Positions 37,918 to 47,832 of a stretch of DNA of 64,000 bases are shown one piece after another; within the stretch, counting starts at the first letter, position 1, and each line of letters starts with the position of its first letter. The notes beneath the pieces were generated by a model that worked only from the letters and a program-made list of their open reading frames with translations, had not been told where the DNA came from and made no database searches. Source of the stretch: Lingula anatina (Eukaryota; Animalia; Brachiopoda); NCBI GenBank assembly GCA_051362555.1, contig CM120642.1:5456001-5520000 (forward strand), in the 5' to 3' direction. A program made the translations under genes and the position numbers.

Positions 37918-40900
37918 TTACGGCAGGCGCTATGACCAAACCACTAAGTTATAGATTAGGCGTTTCACTATCCGTTAGCGGCGTGCAGTGCAAAAGTTTG
38001 ATTGACAGTGGTGCCAGTTGTAGTTGCCTGCGTTTAGACATGTTTTTAAAGATCTGCAAAGCAACGGGTAGAACGTGTTTTTTAGAGAAGACAAACGAAA
38101 TTTACAGTGTGTCGGGAGAGAAACTCGAGGTCAAAGGCAAAGCAAGAATAAAAATTGACGGGGCCAGCATTTTCGAGGTAGTAGTGATCGCGAATATTGA
38201 GCATGAAATGATACTGGGGATCGATATTTTAAAGAGCGGGAACGCGGAAATAAATTGTGTACAAAAAACAATGGTTTTCTTCGGCAAAGAATGGTCTTTG
38301 ACCGACTACGGACGGCCAGGTCTGATCGCGGAAATAGTTCAGTTGCCACCGTCATCGGGAAATGACGATATTGACGCGATGATCAACGAATGCCGCGACG
38401 TATTTAGTTCTACCGAGAATCCCCTAGGCAAATGCGACCTGTTGCCGATGATAATCGACACCGGAGACAATAGACCCGTTCAACAACGAGCTTATCGCGC
38501 ACCACTAGCAAAAAGGGAACTCATAGAAAAGGAAATACAAAATTTGCTCGATAATGACGTGATTAGGCCGAGTCACAGTCAGTGGAGTTCCCCGGTACTT
38601 CTTACGCCGAAATCGGACGGTTCCATGAGATTTTGCGTCGATTACCGCAAAATAAACGAGATAACAAAGGTCGATAGGTACCCGTTGCCACTTATCAGCG
38701 ACATCTTTGACAACATGGGAGGAGCGGCGTATTTTAGCGTCCTGGACCTGAAACAGGGGTTTCACCAGTGCACGTTAGACGAGGCAGATATGCATAAAAC
38801 CGCTTTTATTTGCCACAAAGGTCTATTTGAATACAAACGCGTCCCTTTTGGTTTGGTTAACGGACCTAATCACTACCAGAAGCTGTTAGATCGCGTTTTA
38901 AACGGCCTTATTGGGAAGTCGGTGTACTGTTACATAGACGACTGCGTGATTTTCTCGAAAACAATGGAGGAACATGTCGAACATGTGCGTCAGGTTTTAG
39001 AAAGATTCCGCGAAGCTAACCTCAAAATCCACCCAAAGAAATGCGAATTTGCCAAAGGTGAAGTACATCTCCTTGGTTACATCATAAGCAAAGACGGGAT
39101 TCGCAGCAATCCCGACAAATTACAACCAATTAAAAACATGCCGACGCCGCGGAAAGCGAAAGATGTTAGGTCCTTTTTAGGCACCTGTAACTATTATGCG
39201 CGTACGGTCCCTGATTTTGCGAGAGTAGCAGCCCCATTGTACAAACTAACGAAGAAAAACGAGCGATTTGAGTGGAGGGAAGAGCATCAGAGAAGTTTCG
39301 ACAGATTAAAAGAACTGCTGATGTCCAACAAAGTGATGGCACACCCGCGAATAAACGAGCCGTACAAACTTTACACAGACGCTTGTAATCACGCGATAGG
39401 CGGTGTTTTGGTGCAGACGGACGAACAAGGGGAAGATAGAGTGATTCAGTATGTCAGCCACAAACTGTCACCCAGTCAACAAAGGTATTCTACCATCGAA
39501 AAAGAAGCTTACGCGGTTATGTACAATGTCAACAAATTGCGACCGTATTTGTGGGGCGCGGATTTGACCATTTACACCGATCATAAGCCCTTGAAAGCGC
39601 TATTTTCTTCTAAACTGCAAAATGCGAGATTGCAAAGATGGGCGGCAATTTTAGCTGAATACAATCCTAAAATTGAATACATAAAAGGCGCGAAAAACGT
39701 GTGCGCGGATTTTTTGAGTAGACTCCCATCAGAGCGCGAGGAAATAGCCATTATCGACACGGAAGAGGATTGGGTGGATCCAAGGTCATTTCCGGATAGC
39801 ATGGCTTTACATAACATCCCAATTGAAGCCGATGGGTTAAATGTTGATGATATAAGACAACACCAAACCGCGGAATTTCCGGCGGAGATAGCTGAAGCCC
39901 AAAACGAAGACTCAGATTACGAAATTCTCCAAGGGATTCTTTACTCGGTCAGACCACCTAATCCGACAGAGCCCGATTATCCGCGTTTATTGCTGCCTAA
40001 ACAGTTCAGAAACAATATCATTGACCGCTGCCATAAAGATGTGGGACACATGTCCGTTTATAAAACCCTTTGTCGTGTCAGGGAATGTTATGTTTGGAAA
40101 GGGATGAGGAAACACATTTCTAAATGGGTAAAACGATGTCCGACTTGTCTAGCCCATAAAAGCACCCCCCAAAGAACGACCCTAGGTGAATTGCCAATGC
40201 CCGCTTACCCATTTCAAATAGTGGGAATGGATTTGATCGGTCCGTTTCAAGAATCACCAAAGGGGAACAGGTATTGTTTGAATGTTATCTGTCACTTAAC
40301 AGGCTGGGCCGAAAGTTATCCCATTCCGGACAAGTCTTCAAAAGCAGTCGAATTGGCTTTAGCTACAGATTTCTTTCCCAGACATAGCATACCAGAAATT
40401 ATCATCACAGATAGAGGTAGCGAATTTAGTGCGGGGGAATTTCGCAATTATCTTCAAACAATGGGTGTAGATCATAGGCGGACTACAGCTTATAATCCCA
40501 AATGTAACGGCAAAGTTGAAAAATTTAATCAATGTTTCAAAGGATTATTGGCCCGCCTTGTTAACAACAATACTCGCACCTGGGAAGAACAGATAGCTAA
40601 TGCTTTGTTTGCTTACAGGAATAGCGTTTCCTCAGTGACGGGTTTCACACCTTTTTTCCTAGTTTATGGCAGGAACCCAAGGATGCCATTGTCAACATTG
40701 GTAGGTGCAACAAATAATCACCATCCTCTGAAAGGTCGGCTTAGTGACCTATCGGATTCTTTAACGGCAGCCCGAGATAATCTTCAGGCAGCTAGACTTG
40801 AGAACAAAAGGCGATTCGATGCTAAGGCGAACGCCAACAAAATAGAGGTAGGTGATTCTGTTATTATCTTCGCACCTGATAATGTGACGTTCGGATCTAA

Positions 40901-41483
40901 GTGGGACCCGATGTGGACAGTGACTAGACAAAGAGGCAATGTCTTCTGGGTAAGCCACCAGCAGACAGGTAAGTCACGTGTGGTAAACAGGGACAAATTG
41001 AGACTCGTGGACAGGGGTTTGGCGTGGGATCAAGTAAGACCACGTGCCCGCCGTGTATTTAAGAGACGACCCAACCCAGTAAGAGCTGAGTTGCAACTTG
41101 GTACCACGCCAGTCAACATCAACGCTCCCAGGGCAGAGGTCACTCAGCACGCGGCGGTAAGTAAGCACGACAGGCGTAGACACATAGCCGACAGGGACGA
41201 ATCCGAGCTACCGGTAAGTGTTACAGGTGAGTCACAGGCAGCTTCACGCAGGCCGACACTGCATGCAAAACGCACGCACAACACCATAACACGACACCAT
41301 ACGCCTACGCATTCACATAATACCAGGTTTAGGAAGCGATGTCTTCAGGCGACGGAACAGGGAGACGCGCTGTTGTCGCAGGTGGAAGGGGACGAAACAG
41401 GGGGTCCCCAGCCAGTCAAAATGTCAAGGATAACCGACAGTGGGTCGGAGGAGCATATGGAAGTCGACTCCATACAGAAATAA
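37878..41483 (+). CDS. pol: Pol: protease, RT, RNase H, integrase (Ty3/gypsy order)
   Basis: LIDSGAS; MRFCVDYRKIN, LDLKQGFHQ, PFGL, YIDD; YTDAC, EKEAYA, TDHKPL; H-x4-H..CPTC, MDLIGP, TDRGSEF, GKVEKFN; 1201 codons open. Confidence 0.97.
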   Translation: MLPTQTTEEPFKLVTAGAMTKPLSYRLGVSLSVSGVQCKSLIDSGASCSCLRLDMFLKICKATGRTCFLEKTNEIYSVSGEKLEVKGKARIKIDGASIFEVVVIANIEHEMILGIDILKSGNAEINCVQKTMVFFGKEWSLTDYGRPGLIAEIVQLPPSSGNDDIDAMINECRDVFSSTENPLGKCDLLPMIIDTGDNRPVQQRAYRAPLAKRELIEKEIQNLLDNDVIRPSHSQWSSPVLLTPKSDGSMRFCVDYRKINEITKVDRYPLPLISDIFDNMGGAAYFSVLDLKQGFHQCTLDEADMHKTAFICHKGLFEYKRVPFGLVNGPNHYQKLLDRVLNGLIGKSVYCYIDDCVIFSKTMEEHVEHVRQVLERFREANLKIHPKKCEFAKGEVHLLGYIISKDGIRSNPDKLQPIKNMPTPRKAKDVRSFLGTCNYYARTVPDFARVAAPLYKLTKKNERFEWREEHQRSFDRLKELLMSNKVMAHPRINEPYKLYTDACNHAIGGVLVQTDEQGEDRVIQYVSHKLSPSQQRYSTIEKEAYAVMYNVNKLRPYLWGADLTIYTDHKPLKALFSSKLQNARLQRWAAILAEYNPKIEYIKGAKNVCADFLSRLPSEREEIAIIDTEEDWVDPRSFPDSMALHNIPIEADGLNVDDIRQHQTAEFPAEIAEAQNEDSDYEILQGILYSVRPPNPTEPDYPRLLLPKQFRNNIIDRCHKDVGHMSVYKTLCRVRECYVWKGMRKHISKWVKRCPTCLAHKSTPQRTTLGELPMPAYPFQIVGMDLIGPFQESPKGNRYCLNVICHLTGWAESYPIPDKSSKAVELALATDFFPRHSIPEIIITDRGSEFSAGEFRNYLQTMGVDHRRTTAYNPKCNGKVEKFNQCFKGLLARLVNNNTRTWEEQIANALFAYRNSVSSVTGFTPFFLVYGRNPRMPLSTLVGATNNHHPLKGRLSDLSDSLTAARDNLQAARLENKRRFDAKANANKIEVGDSVIIFAPDNVTFGSKWDPMWTVTRQRGNVFWVSHQQTGKSRVVNRDKLRLVDRGLAWDQVRPRARRVFKRRPNPVRAELQLGTTPVNINAPRAEVTQHAAVSKHDRRRHIADRDESELPVSVTGESQAASRRPTLHAKRTHNTITRHHTPTHSHNTRFRKRCLQATEQGDALLSQVEGDETGGPQPVKMSRITDSGSEEHMEVDSIQK
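37908..37914 (+). promoter_or_regulatory. -1 ribosomal frameshift slippery heptamer T TTA AAC
   Basis: X XXY YYZ heptamer in gag phase directly before the gag TAG; pol is in the -1 frame. Confidence 0.85.
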
Positions 41484-43441
41484 GAGGATGGGTTTCTAAA
41501 ACGATAGTTTTAGGTTTATTGTTTTTGATTTTAACTCCGGGGATAAAAGGGGAGTTACAGAAGCTACCTGATGGTGTCCTAGTGACCCAGAGGCAGCCAT
41601 TGAGGGTAACGAAAGCCGTATGGACGGTATTGGTAACCATAGATAAACCTCGGGTAATGAGGGAGGAGATTATGGATCGGTTCGGCAGCATTGAAGCCGA
41701 GTTGCGTAGAGCACGAAGGGGGGAGTATATCACCCCAGAGGACAGGGAACAGTGGCGACAGAGGATAACTAATAGCCTTAACCTTTTCTACGAGTTAGAG
41801 GACTCTCAAGCGGCCGTACCAGCTCTGGCCAGGGCGGGTTCGGTCGGTCCGGGCGAAGGGCGTCATTCGTCTCGGACAAAAAGAGGGTTGTTTGACTTTG
41901 TGGGATCGGCGGCTAGTTTCCTTTTTGGCATCAGCACGGACAAAAGTGTTGACCAATGTCGTAAGTTAGTTCAACAGACAAGACAGGAAGGACGCCAAAT
42001 AGCCCATCGGGTGGGTATGTTGGCGACGGTAGTAAATAAAACAATCCATACATTAAACACAAACATACAACACCTTAACTCGGTGCAACATTACTTAAGA
42101 GAAAGCGTAGCTAATCGTATCAACAGTCTCATCCAGGGATTAAATACAACGCAGAAGAACTTGACCAAGTTATTGGTGGCGTTCAATATTGAAAGAGCGG
42201 TAAGTAATTTTGAGAAATATATAGATCATCAGCGGGAAATCTCGGAAAGATTTCATCGACAAAAGATGTCACTGGAATTAGGTAGGTTGACGGAACTATT
42301 ATTGCCACCAAGGAAACTCAGGGAAATTCTATTAACGGCAACTTCCGGTAAGGAATTGAGATTTATTAATGATCTATTTTGGTATTACCGTTTTCTCACT
42401 GTTTCACCCATTCATGATGTTGACACATTAATTTACAGGGTTAACATACCATTGACACACAGTGCTCAATTTTGGCTTCACAACATCCTCACTTTTCCGG
42501 TGCCCTATAATTCAAGCGGGCTGTCAGCACATGTTCAATTACCTTACGAAATGGTAGGCCTTAACCCCAAAACAGGTCAAATATTTTTTCCCGATTCTTG
42601 CATAGGTGAAAATCCAGTCATTTGTGCGTCGGGCCCCTTTTATAAAACGGGTTTAAAATGTGAGCGCGCAATCATAACGGGAGACGTAAAACATAGGGAA
42701 GCGTGTAACATTAAAATATCTAAGAAATTAAATAAAGGAAAAGCAACAGAAATTAATCCCGGTCATTTTGTGATAATAAGTTGGGGCGAAACGTTATACA
42801 CAAGGTGTGATAATTCGGAAGAACATTCCTTAAAAATCGACGCGGGTACTTACTTGATTAATGTCGATAACGGTTGCGAAATACAAGGGAATGATTACAC
42901 ATTACCGGGCATAATTCATCAAATCGGTAAGGTCGAAATTCGCCCTATTTCTATAAACATGACTAAAAGGTTAAATTTGAAAGACATCATAGCGGAACAA
43001 GACGCCATCAAACTGCTTAAATCATTTGATTTAAAGGATATGGCGCTTGAATCTACTGTCCCATTGCAGAAGGTTTTGTGGGAAAGGGAAGACCCCTGGA
43101 CAAAATGGGTACCCGATCAAGATAATATTTGGGGCTACCTAGGCACGTTTGCTTTGATTTTTCTGGTACTGGGGTTATTAGCGTTCCTCACAAAACGATA
43201 TTGGCTAATGAAATGTAAACGTAGTATTTTTCAGAGAAAGCGGAGAACGGACGAGGCTAAACTGCAGACGATAGATGAAACCAGCCAGGAAGCAACGGCG
43301 AGTCAGTTGACCGTAGTGCAGCCTAGCGCACCTCCGTTGGCTGAAGATGTTGTGTCACTGCAGACTGCAACGGGGAAACCCTTTCGCGCCTTGTACTCCA
43401 GAGATCCACTGGGGGTTTTAAAATATAATGATATTGAATAA
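41339..43441 (+). CDS. env: Envelope / class I fusion glycoprotein (errantivirus Env / baculovirus F type)
   Basis: Hydrophobic signal IVLGLLFLILTPGIKG; furin site RTKR (41873-41884) followed by fusion peptide GLFDFVGSAASFLFGISTD; heptad region, Cys-rich ectodomain, N-glycan sequons; TM YLGTFALIFLVLGLLAFL; cytoplasmic tail. Confidence 0.93.
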   Translation: MSSGDGTGRRAVVAGGRGRNRGSPASQNVKDNRQWVGGAYGSRLHTEIRGWVSKTIVLGLLFLILTPGIKGELQKLPDGVLVTQRQPLRVTKAVWTVLVTIDKPRVMREEIMDRFGSIEAELRRARRGEYITPEDREQWRQRITNSLNLFYELEDSQAAVPALARAGSVGPGEGRHSSRTKRGLFDFVGSAASFLFGISTDKSVDQCRKLVQQTRQEGRQIAHRVGMLATVVNKTIHTLNTNIQHLNSVQHYLRESVANRINSLIQGLNTTQKNLTKLLVAFNIERAVSNFEKYIDHQREISERFHRQKMSLELGRLTELLLPPRKLREILLTATSGKELRFINDLFWYYRFLTVSPIHDVDTLIYRVNIPLTHSAQFWLHNILTFPVPYNSSGLSAHVQLPYEMVGLNPKTGQIFFPDSCIGENPVICASGPFYKTGLKCERAIITGDVKHREACNIKISKKLNKGKATEINPGHFVIISWGETLYTRCDNSEEHSLKIDAGTYLINVDNGCEIQGNDYTLPGIIHQIGKVEIRPISINMTKRLNLKDIIAEQDAIKLLKSFDLKDMALESTVPLQKVLWEREDPWTKWVPDQDNIWGYLGTFALIFLVLGLLAFLTKRYWLMKCKRSIFQRKRRTDEAKLQTIDETSQEATASQLTVVQPSAPPLAEDVVSLQTATGKPFRALYSRDPLGVLKYNDIE

Positions 43442-44757
43442 TTTCTTTTCATTTGTAAAGTAATTTTTTCTTTACATGGCGAGCTCGTAATTAGATTAAT
43501 CAATATTAAATCATGTAAAAGGGGGTTTAGGGTATATCTAGCAAGAGCGGGTATACCCACCCCGCAGTTTGTCACGTAAAATATTGAACTATCACGAATT
43601 ACTTGTGGGGTAGATAACCTGATTGGTGTAATTGACGCGAACAAATTTTTTTTCTTTTTCCGTTACGAATTGCAGGGCCCAGCGAAAGAGCGATTCCGGT
43701 ACACGACGCTAACGACTTTCTTTTTTATTTCCGTTAGAAATTGCAGCAACTACACAAAAGGATGACATATGCCGGTTTCCAATAATTGCTTTCCATTAAA
43801 CCTTCATTACTTTCATGAAATTCACCATGCAATGTTTTGAGTGTACTTTTAGTGCGCAAGGAAATTCCCATTTCCACAGACCAACCACCATGTTTGGACA
43901 GATTTTAATTCGGGGGCTACGATGTGACAACGCCAGAGTGTGTGAATTGGTGTCGTCTGTGACCTACGCTGCACTCCGACGGTCTTCATCCCAGCTGCAA
44001 GTCTCTATTATCATCAGTACTCCGAGCGTCATGGTGGGCTACGATTCGTCTGTGTTCGGCTGGACGTCGTCATTTCGCATTGGCTACGCGCAATATATAT
44101 AGACTCTGATTATAACAAAAGACTCATATTCTAGAAGGAATGAATTGTTAAAAGCAAATGGTCGAGAGACAACTCGATAATTTTTTTTGTGCTGTCTGAG
44201 CATTGGATAAACCTATGTCCCTCTTCCTAAAATGAAAAAAAAAAAAAAAAAATTAGGGAGAGGCTGGCGCAGCCGGCTCTCAGCACCGTTTTACATTTGC
44301 TCCACGAGGTTGCTTGCTCTTACTCATTATAATTATAGAAGTATTGAACATCCTTAAACCATATAGCGTACCTATGAACATGATGCGGACGACGTCATCA
44401 TCACTATAAACTGGGAATCTTTCAATGCATTTACCTTTTGGCGATAATGCTTATGCTTAAAAATATCGAAGTTTGCACTGTATATATGTTTACGGAGTTG
44501 ATAACATTTCTATTGTAATACCTATCTCTCAATGTATAATATTTTAGACTGTTCTTTATATTGTTACTTAACTATACCTATTCTGGTGTAAATATTTCAT
44601 TCTGGTGTAAATATTTCATGGCACATAATTTCAACACACTGCTTACATTATTATTAAAACTTAAGGTGCATAATATAACCCATTTAATGCAGTACATATT
44701 AAGAAAGAAAAATGTCATAAATATTCTATTTTTCTTTGTTTGGGAAAGGGAGGAATA

Positions 44758-45192
44758 TGTCGGAGACATTTAATAATTCATGGACGATGTCTATAATTTC
44801 AAGTCATAACTTTTATTATTCTCCATAATACATTGTGTCAATTTTGAAGAGGCTGAGTAAGGCTTGTGTACCTGTCGCATTAAGAAGCCAGTGATAAGAA
44901 GTGCATGAAGCCATTGGCTGGAGTATGTACTAAAAGTGTGTAATATTGAATAGAGAATCAGAATGTACCTGAGCAGGCAACGAGTTCACATTAAACGATT
45001 GAAACTGGTCATTTTTGTCAGTGTGGATTTCCTCTGTAGCGTCTAGACGTAAAGATTTCGACTGCGAATCTGGAAGGCTATATACTAAGGCTATATACTA
45101 AAGCGTTATCCTAACTAAAGTATCCAACGGTGTCCGCATTTCGAGCTCAAGTCTAAATTACGTTTATATCTAAAATTGCGTGGTTCCGGACA
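44758..45192 (+). repeat. Gypsy 3' LTR
   Basis: Follows the PPT; identical to the 5' LTR. Confidence 0.97.
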
Positions 45193-45196
45193 ACCA

Positions 45197-46913
45197 GTGA
45201 AAAATCGCCAATATGAATCCAGGCCAATGAGGATATCAATGGACACCTTCTCCCCGGGACTATTTTCCACATTTACCACTTCTCCCTCAAGGGAATTAAA
45301 AAAATGTGGAGGTACTAATGGACAAGAAAGTGGCGCTGAAATGACTGGGACTCCAGTTGCCATGATTGAAATTACACCCTGATTTTCTTTTAAGACAACA
45401 TTGTAAACATCACTAAATGAAGTTTGGGTTGAATTCTCATTGCCAAAGTTACTATAAGAAACACATTCACGATCAACCCATTCAGGTGAAACCCTGTTCA
45501 CCAAATCTTGGGAAATGTAAGTTTTATCAGACCCTGTATCAAATAACACATTGGCATAAACACTCTCCTTGGGTCCTTGAATCTGAATTTTCACAACTTG
45601 CAAAAGTACCTTGCCCTTCCCAGAAAGTGAATGGTTAGTTCCACCTGACCCAGGAGCGAAATCCTTGACCTACACCTAAGTTGGATCTAACAGGGCATGC
45701 TTCAGTGACTGATTTAAATGCACCACAAAGTAATTTGTTGTGGCTACCATTGCATTTAGTACATGTAACCCTACACCTACTAAAATTGTGACCCTTCTTA
45801 ACAGCTAAACATCTAAAACATGCACCTATCTGACGTAACATGCGCTTTCTCTCATTAGGTGAGACTGCTGTAGTACTTAATATCAAAACAATGGTCAATA
45901 GAGTGACCTGTACGATGGCAATAGGCATATGAGTTACCTGAACTGTTCACACTTGTCTGCAAAGCTGCTGCAGTGCATGGCAATGTTTTTGACTTTCCTG
46001 TTGAACCACATGTAGTAACTCCCATTGTGAATGACTGTGACCTTTCCATACGTTGAATTTCTCGGTGTAAAATATCCATGGACCATTCCAGATCACTCTC
46101 CCGATGCAGACTGTCACGAGCCCACTCCAGTCTCATGGTCTGTGGTAACCTTGATATCACCAAGGGCGTGAGGATAACTCCATATTGTCGTCCATGAATT
46201 CCTAAATTTTCCAAGCTCCTCACATGTGCTGTTAGGTCATTGTAGAATTTCCAGTACTGAGTAATGGTTGGATTGGATGGCAGAGTTATTTTCAATACTT
46301 CCTGGATGTGACTGAAAATGATTTTCTCACTATTTCCAAATCTATCTATTAATAGTCTTTTTGACACTTCGTAGTTGTCTTTGGTAAGGGTTAGACCTGC
46401 AATAGTGGCCTGGGCCTCTCCCTCTAGCAAAGAGCGCAGATACGCAAATTTGGAAATAGTGGAAATGTCATTATTGTCAATGACTGCACAAAATTGATCG
46501 AAAAAAGCGGGCCAATCCAAGACATTGCCTGAGAATTTTGGTAAGTCTATTTTTGGCAGCTTAGCGGACGGACAATGTTTTATATCACTGCTCACCTCTC
46601 GTGTTTGGTCACTGGAAGGTGGAGATTTTATAGACTGTACCCGTCTCATGGCCTTAACATACCATGACTTGGCCTAATCTCTGAAAGCTGCCGCCTCCCG
46701 TTGGTCTGCTTCCATGTCCTCACTTGATTCAATTTCCATTTCCACATTTATTTGAACTTCATCAAGTTTAGATATCCTCTTTTCCAAATCCGAAACACAG
46801 TCTTTTAAAATGTCAATATCCTCTTCTTCACTTTCCAAAATATCTCTGATTCTTTCACATGAACGAGTCACCCAACCTCTCACTGAGGCTCTGGATTTTT
46901 TTACCTTTGACAT
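45197..46913 (-). pseudogene. gag: Bel/Pao gag and protease (nonsense codon and frameshifts)
   Basis: KLPKIDLPKFSGNVLDWPAFFDQF, KFAYLRSLLEGEA; Cys-His knuckles CFRCL..H..C and CTKCNGSHNKLLC; protease LFDTGS. Stop at 46674. Reads in frame into 36338 (WRFFTG|ETVKLSQ) once the gypsy is removed. Confidence 0.92.
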
Positions 46914-46977
46914 GACTAAGCGTGTAAATCCTTGACGCTGTAGTCCTGCAATATGATTCCCGGCTCGCGGCACCAAA

Positions 46978-47249
46978 TGTAAGATAAAAGTAATAAAATC
47001 GCTGGTTCAATTTTTTATTATTATTTTACAGTTTTACAGTACATTCCACGTGTGTGTATCACAACTCCGCATGGAGTCTACTCCCTAACATGGAAAACAA
47101 CACGTGTCCAACAAAATCAGAACTCCGCATGGAGTCCACACTCTCCAACCTGCAAGAACTACTCACTTTTTACCACTAGAGGGACCCACTGTACAGCCAC
47201 CTCCAACACCATCCAACACAATCGGTTACAATCATAACAATATTTGACA
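46978..47249 (-). repeat. Bel/Pao 5' LTR
   Basis: Adjacent to the PBS. Confidence 0.96.
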
Positions 47250-47252
47250 GAC

Positions 47253-47415
47253 CAGGGCCGTAGCCTCCGGGGGGGCAGGGGGGGGGCAGCTGCCCCCCCC
47301 CTGGGATTTAGAAGTTTCCACACTGGTAGGGGGACACCCCCTCCCCCCTCGGGGGCTTCGCCCCCTCGTGTCCGCTTACTGCCCCCCCTGGCATTCTGCT
47401 CAGGCTACGGCCCTG
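47253..47415. mobile_element. 163-bp GC-rich MITE with hAT-like termini
   Basis: Perfect 14-bp TIR CAGGGCCGTAGCCT / AGGCTACGGCCCTG; 5-bp direct repeat CAGAC at 47248-47252 and 47416-47420. Confidence 0.9.
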
Positions 47416-47832
47416 CAGACTGTGCCGTAGATAATACTTTCGGGTCAAATGAGAGCCAGCCAAGGGCACATTTCGGGAACACTATTGATCACGCCATGTT
47501 GGACATTCACAGGTGTAGGACCAGAACAGAGCATCTCGGAAACCAAGGGACAGACGTAAATCATTACACTTGCGCGTGTCTTTCCTCATGGAGAAATGAA
47601 TCTTTTCAGAGTGGGACGCGACTTGATCAAGACAATTGTAGAGCACAATTAAATACACGACCTTCTCTGCTTCTTTTTCAACACTATTATCTATTTATTT
47701 ATCTTTAATAATTGATTCCTATTTGTTTATTTATCCATCTTATAATAGCCTGGTTAACCTGCCTGGTTTACATAGCCTGGTTTACCTGATCCATTAGTCT
47801 TACTTATCAAGCAGATCTGGGAAGGGAGGGCC

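Larger units (their letters stand above)
36339..45192 (+). mobile_element. Env-bearing Ty3/gypsy element (errantivirus-like), apparently intact, 8854 bp
   Basis: 435-bp LTRs 36339-36773 and 44758-45192 with no differences seen. 4-bp TSD ACCA (36335-36338, 45193-45196). PBS-like TGGCGTCGCTCGCCAG at 36779, PPT GGGAAAGGGAGGAA at 44742-44755. Three uninterrupted ORFs. Confidence 0.97.
32251..47249 (-). mobile_element. Bel/Pao LTR retrotransposon, full length but defective, interrupted by a gypsy insertion
   Basis: 272-bp LTRs 32251-32522 and 46978-47249 (TG..CA, one mismatch seen). PBS TGGTGCCGCGAGCCGGG at 46959-46975 (-), PPT at 32523-32533. TSD GACTG, right copy split by a MITE. Confidence 0.96.

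Noticed and set aside
47244-47708. 154-aa Gly/Pro-rich ORF
   Set aside because: Arises from the GC-rich MITE; no coding features.
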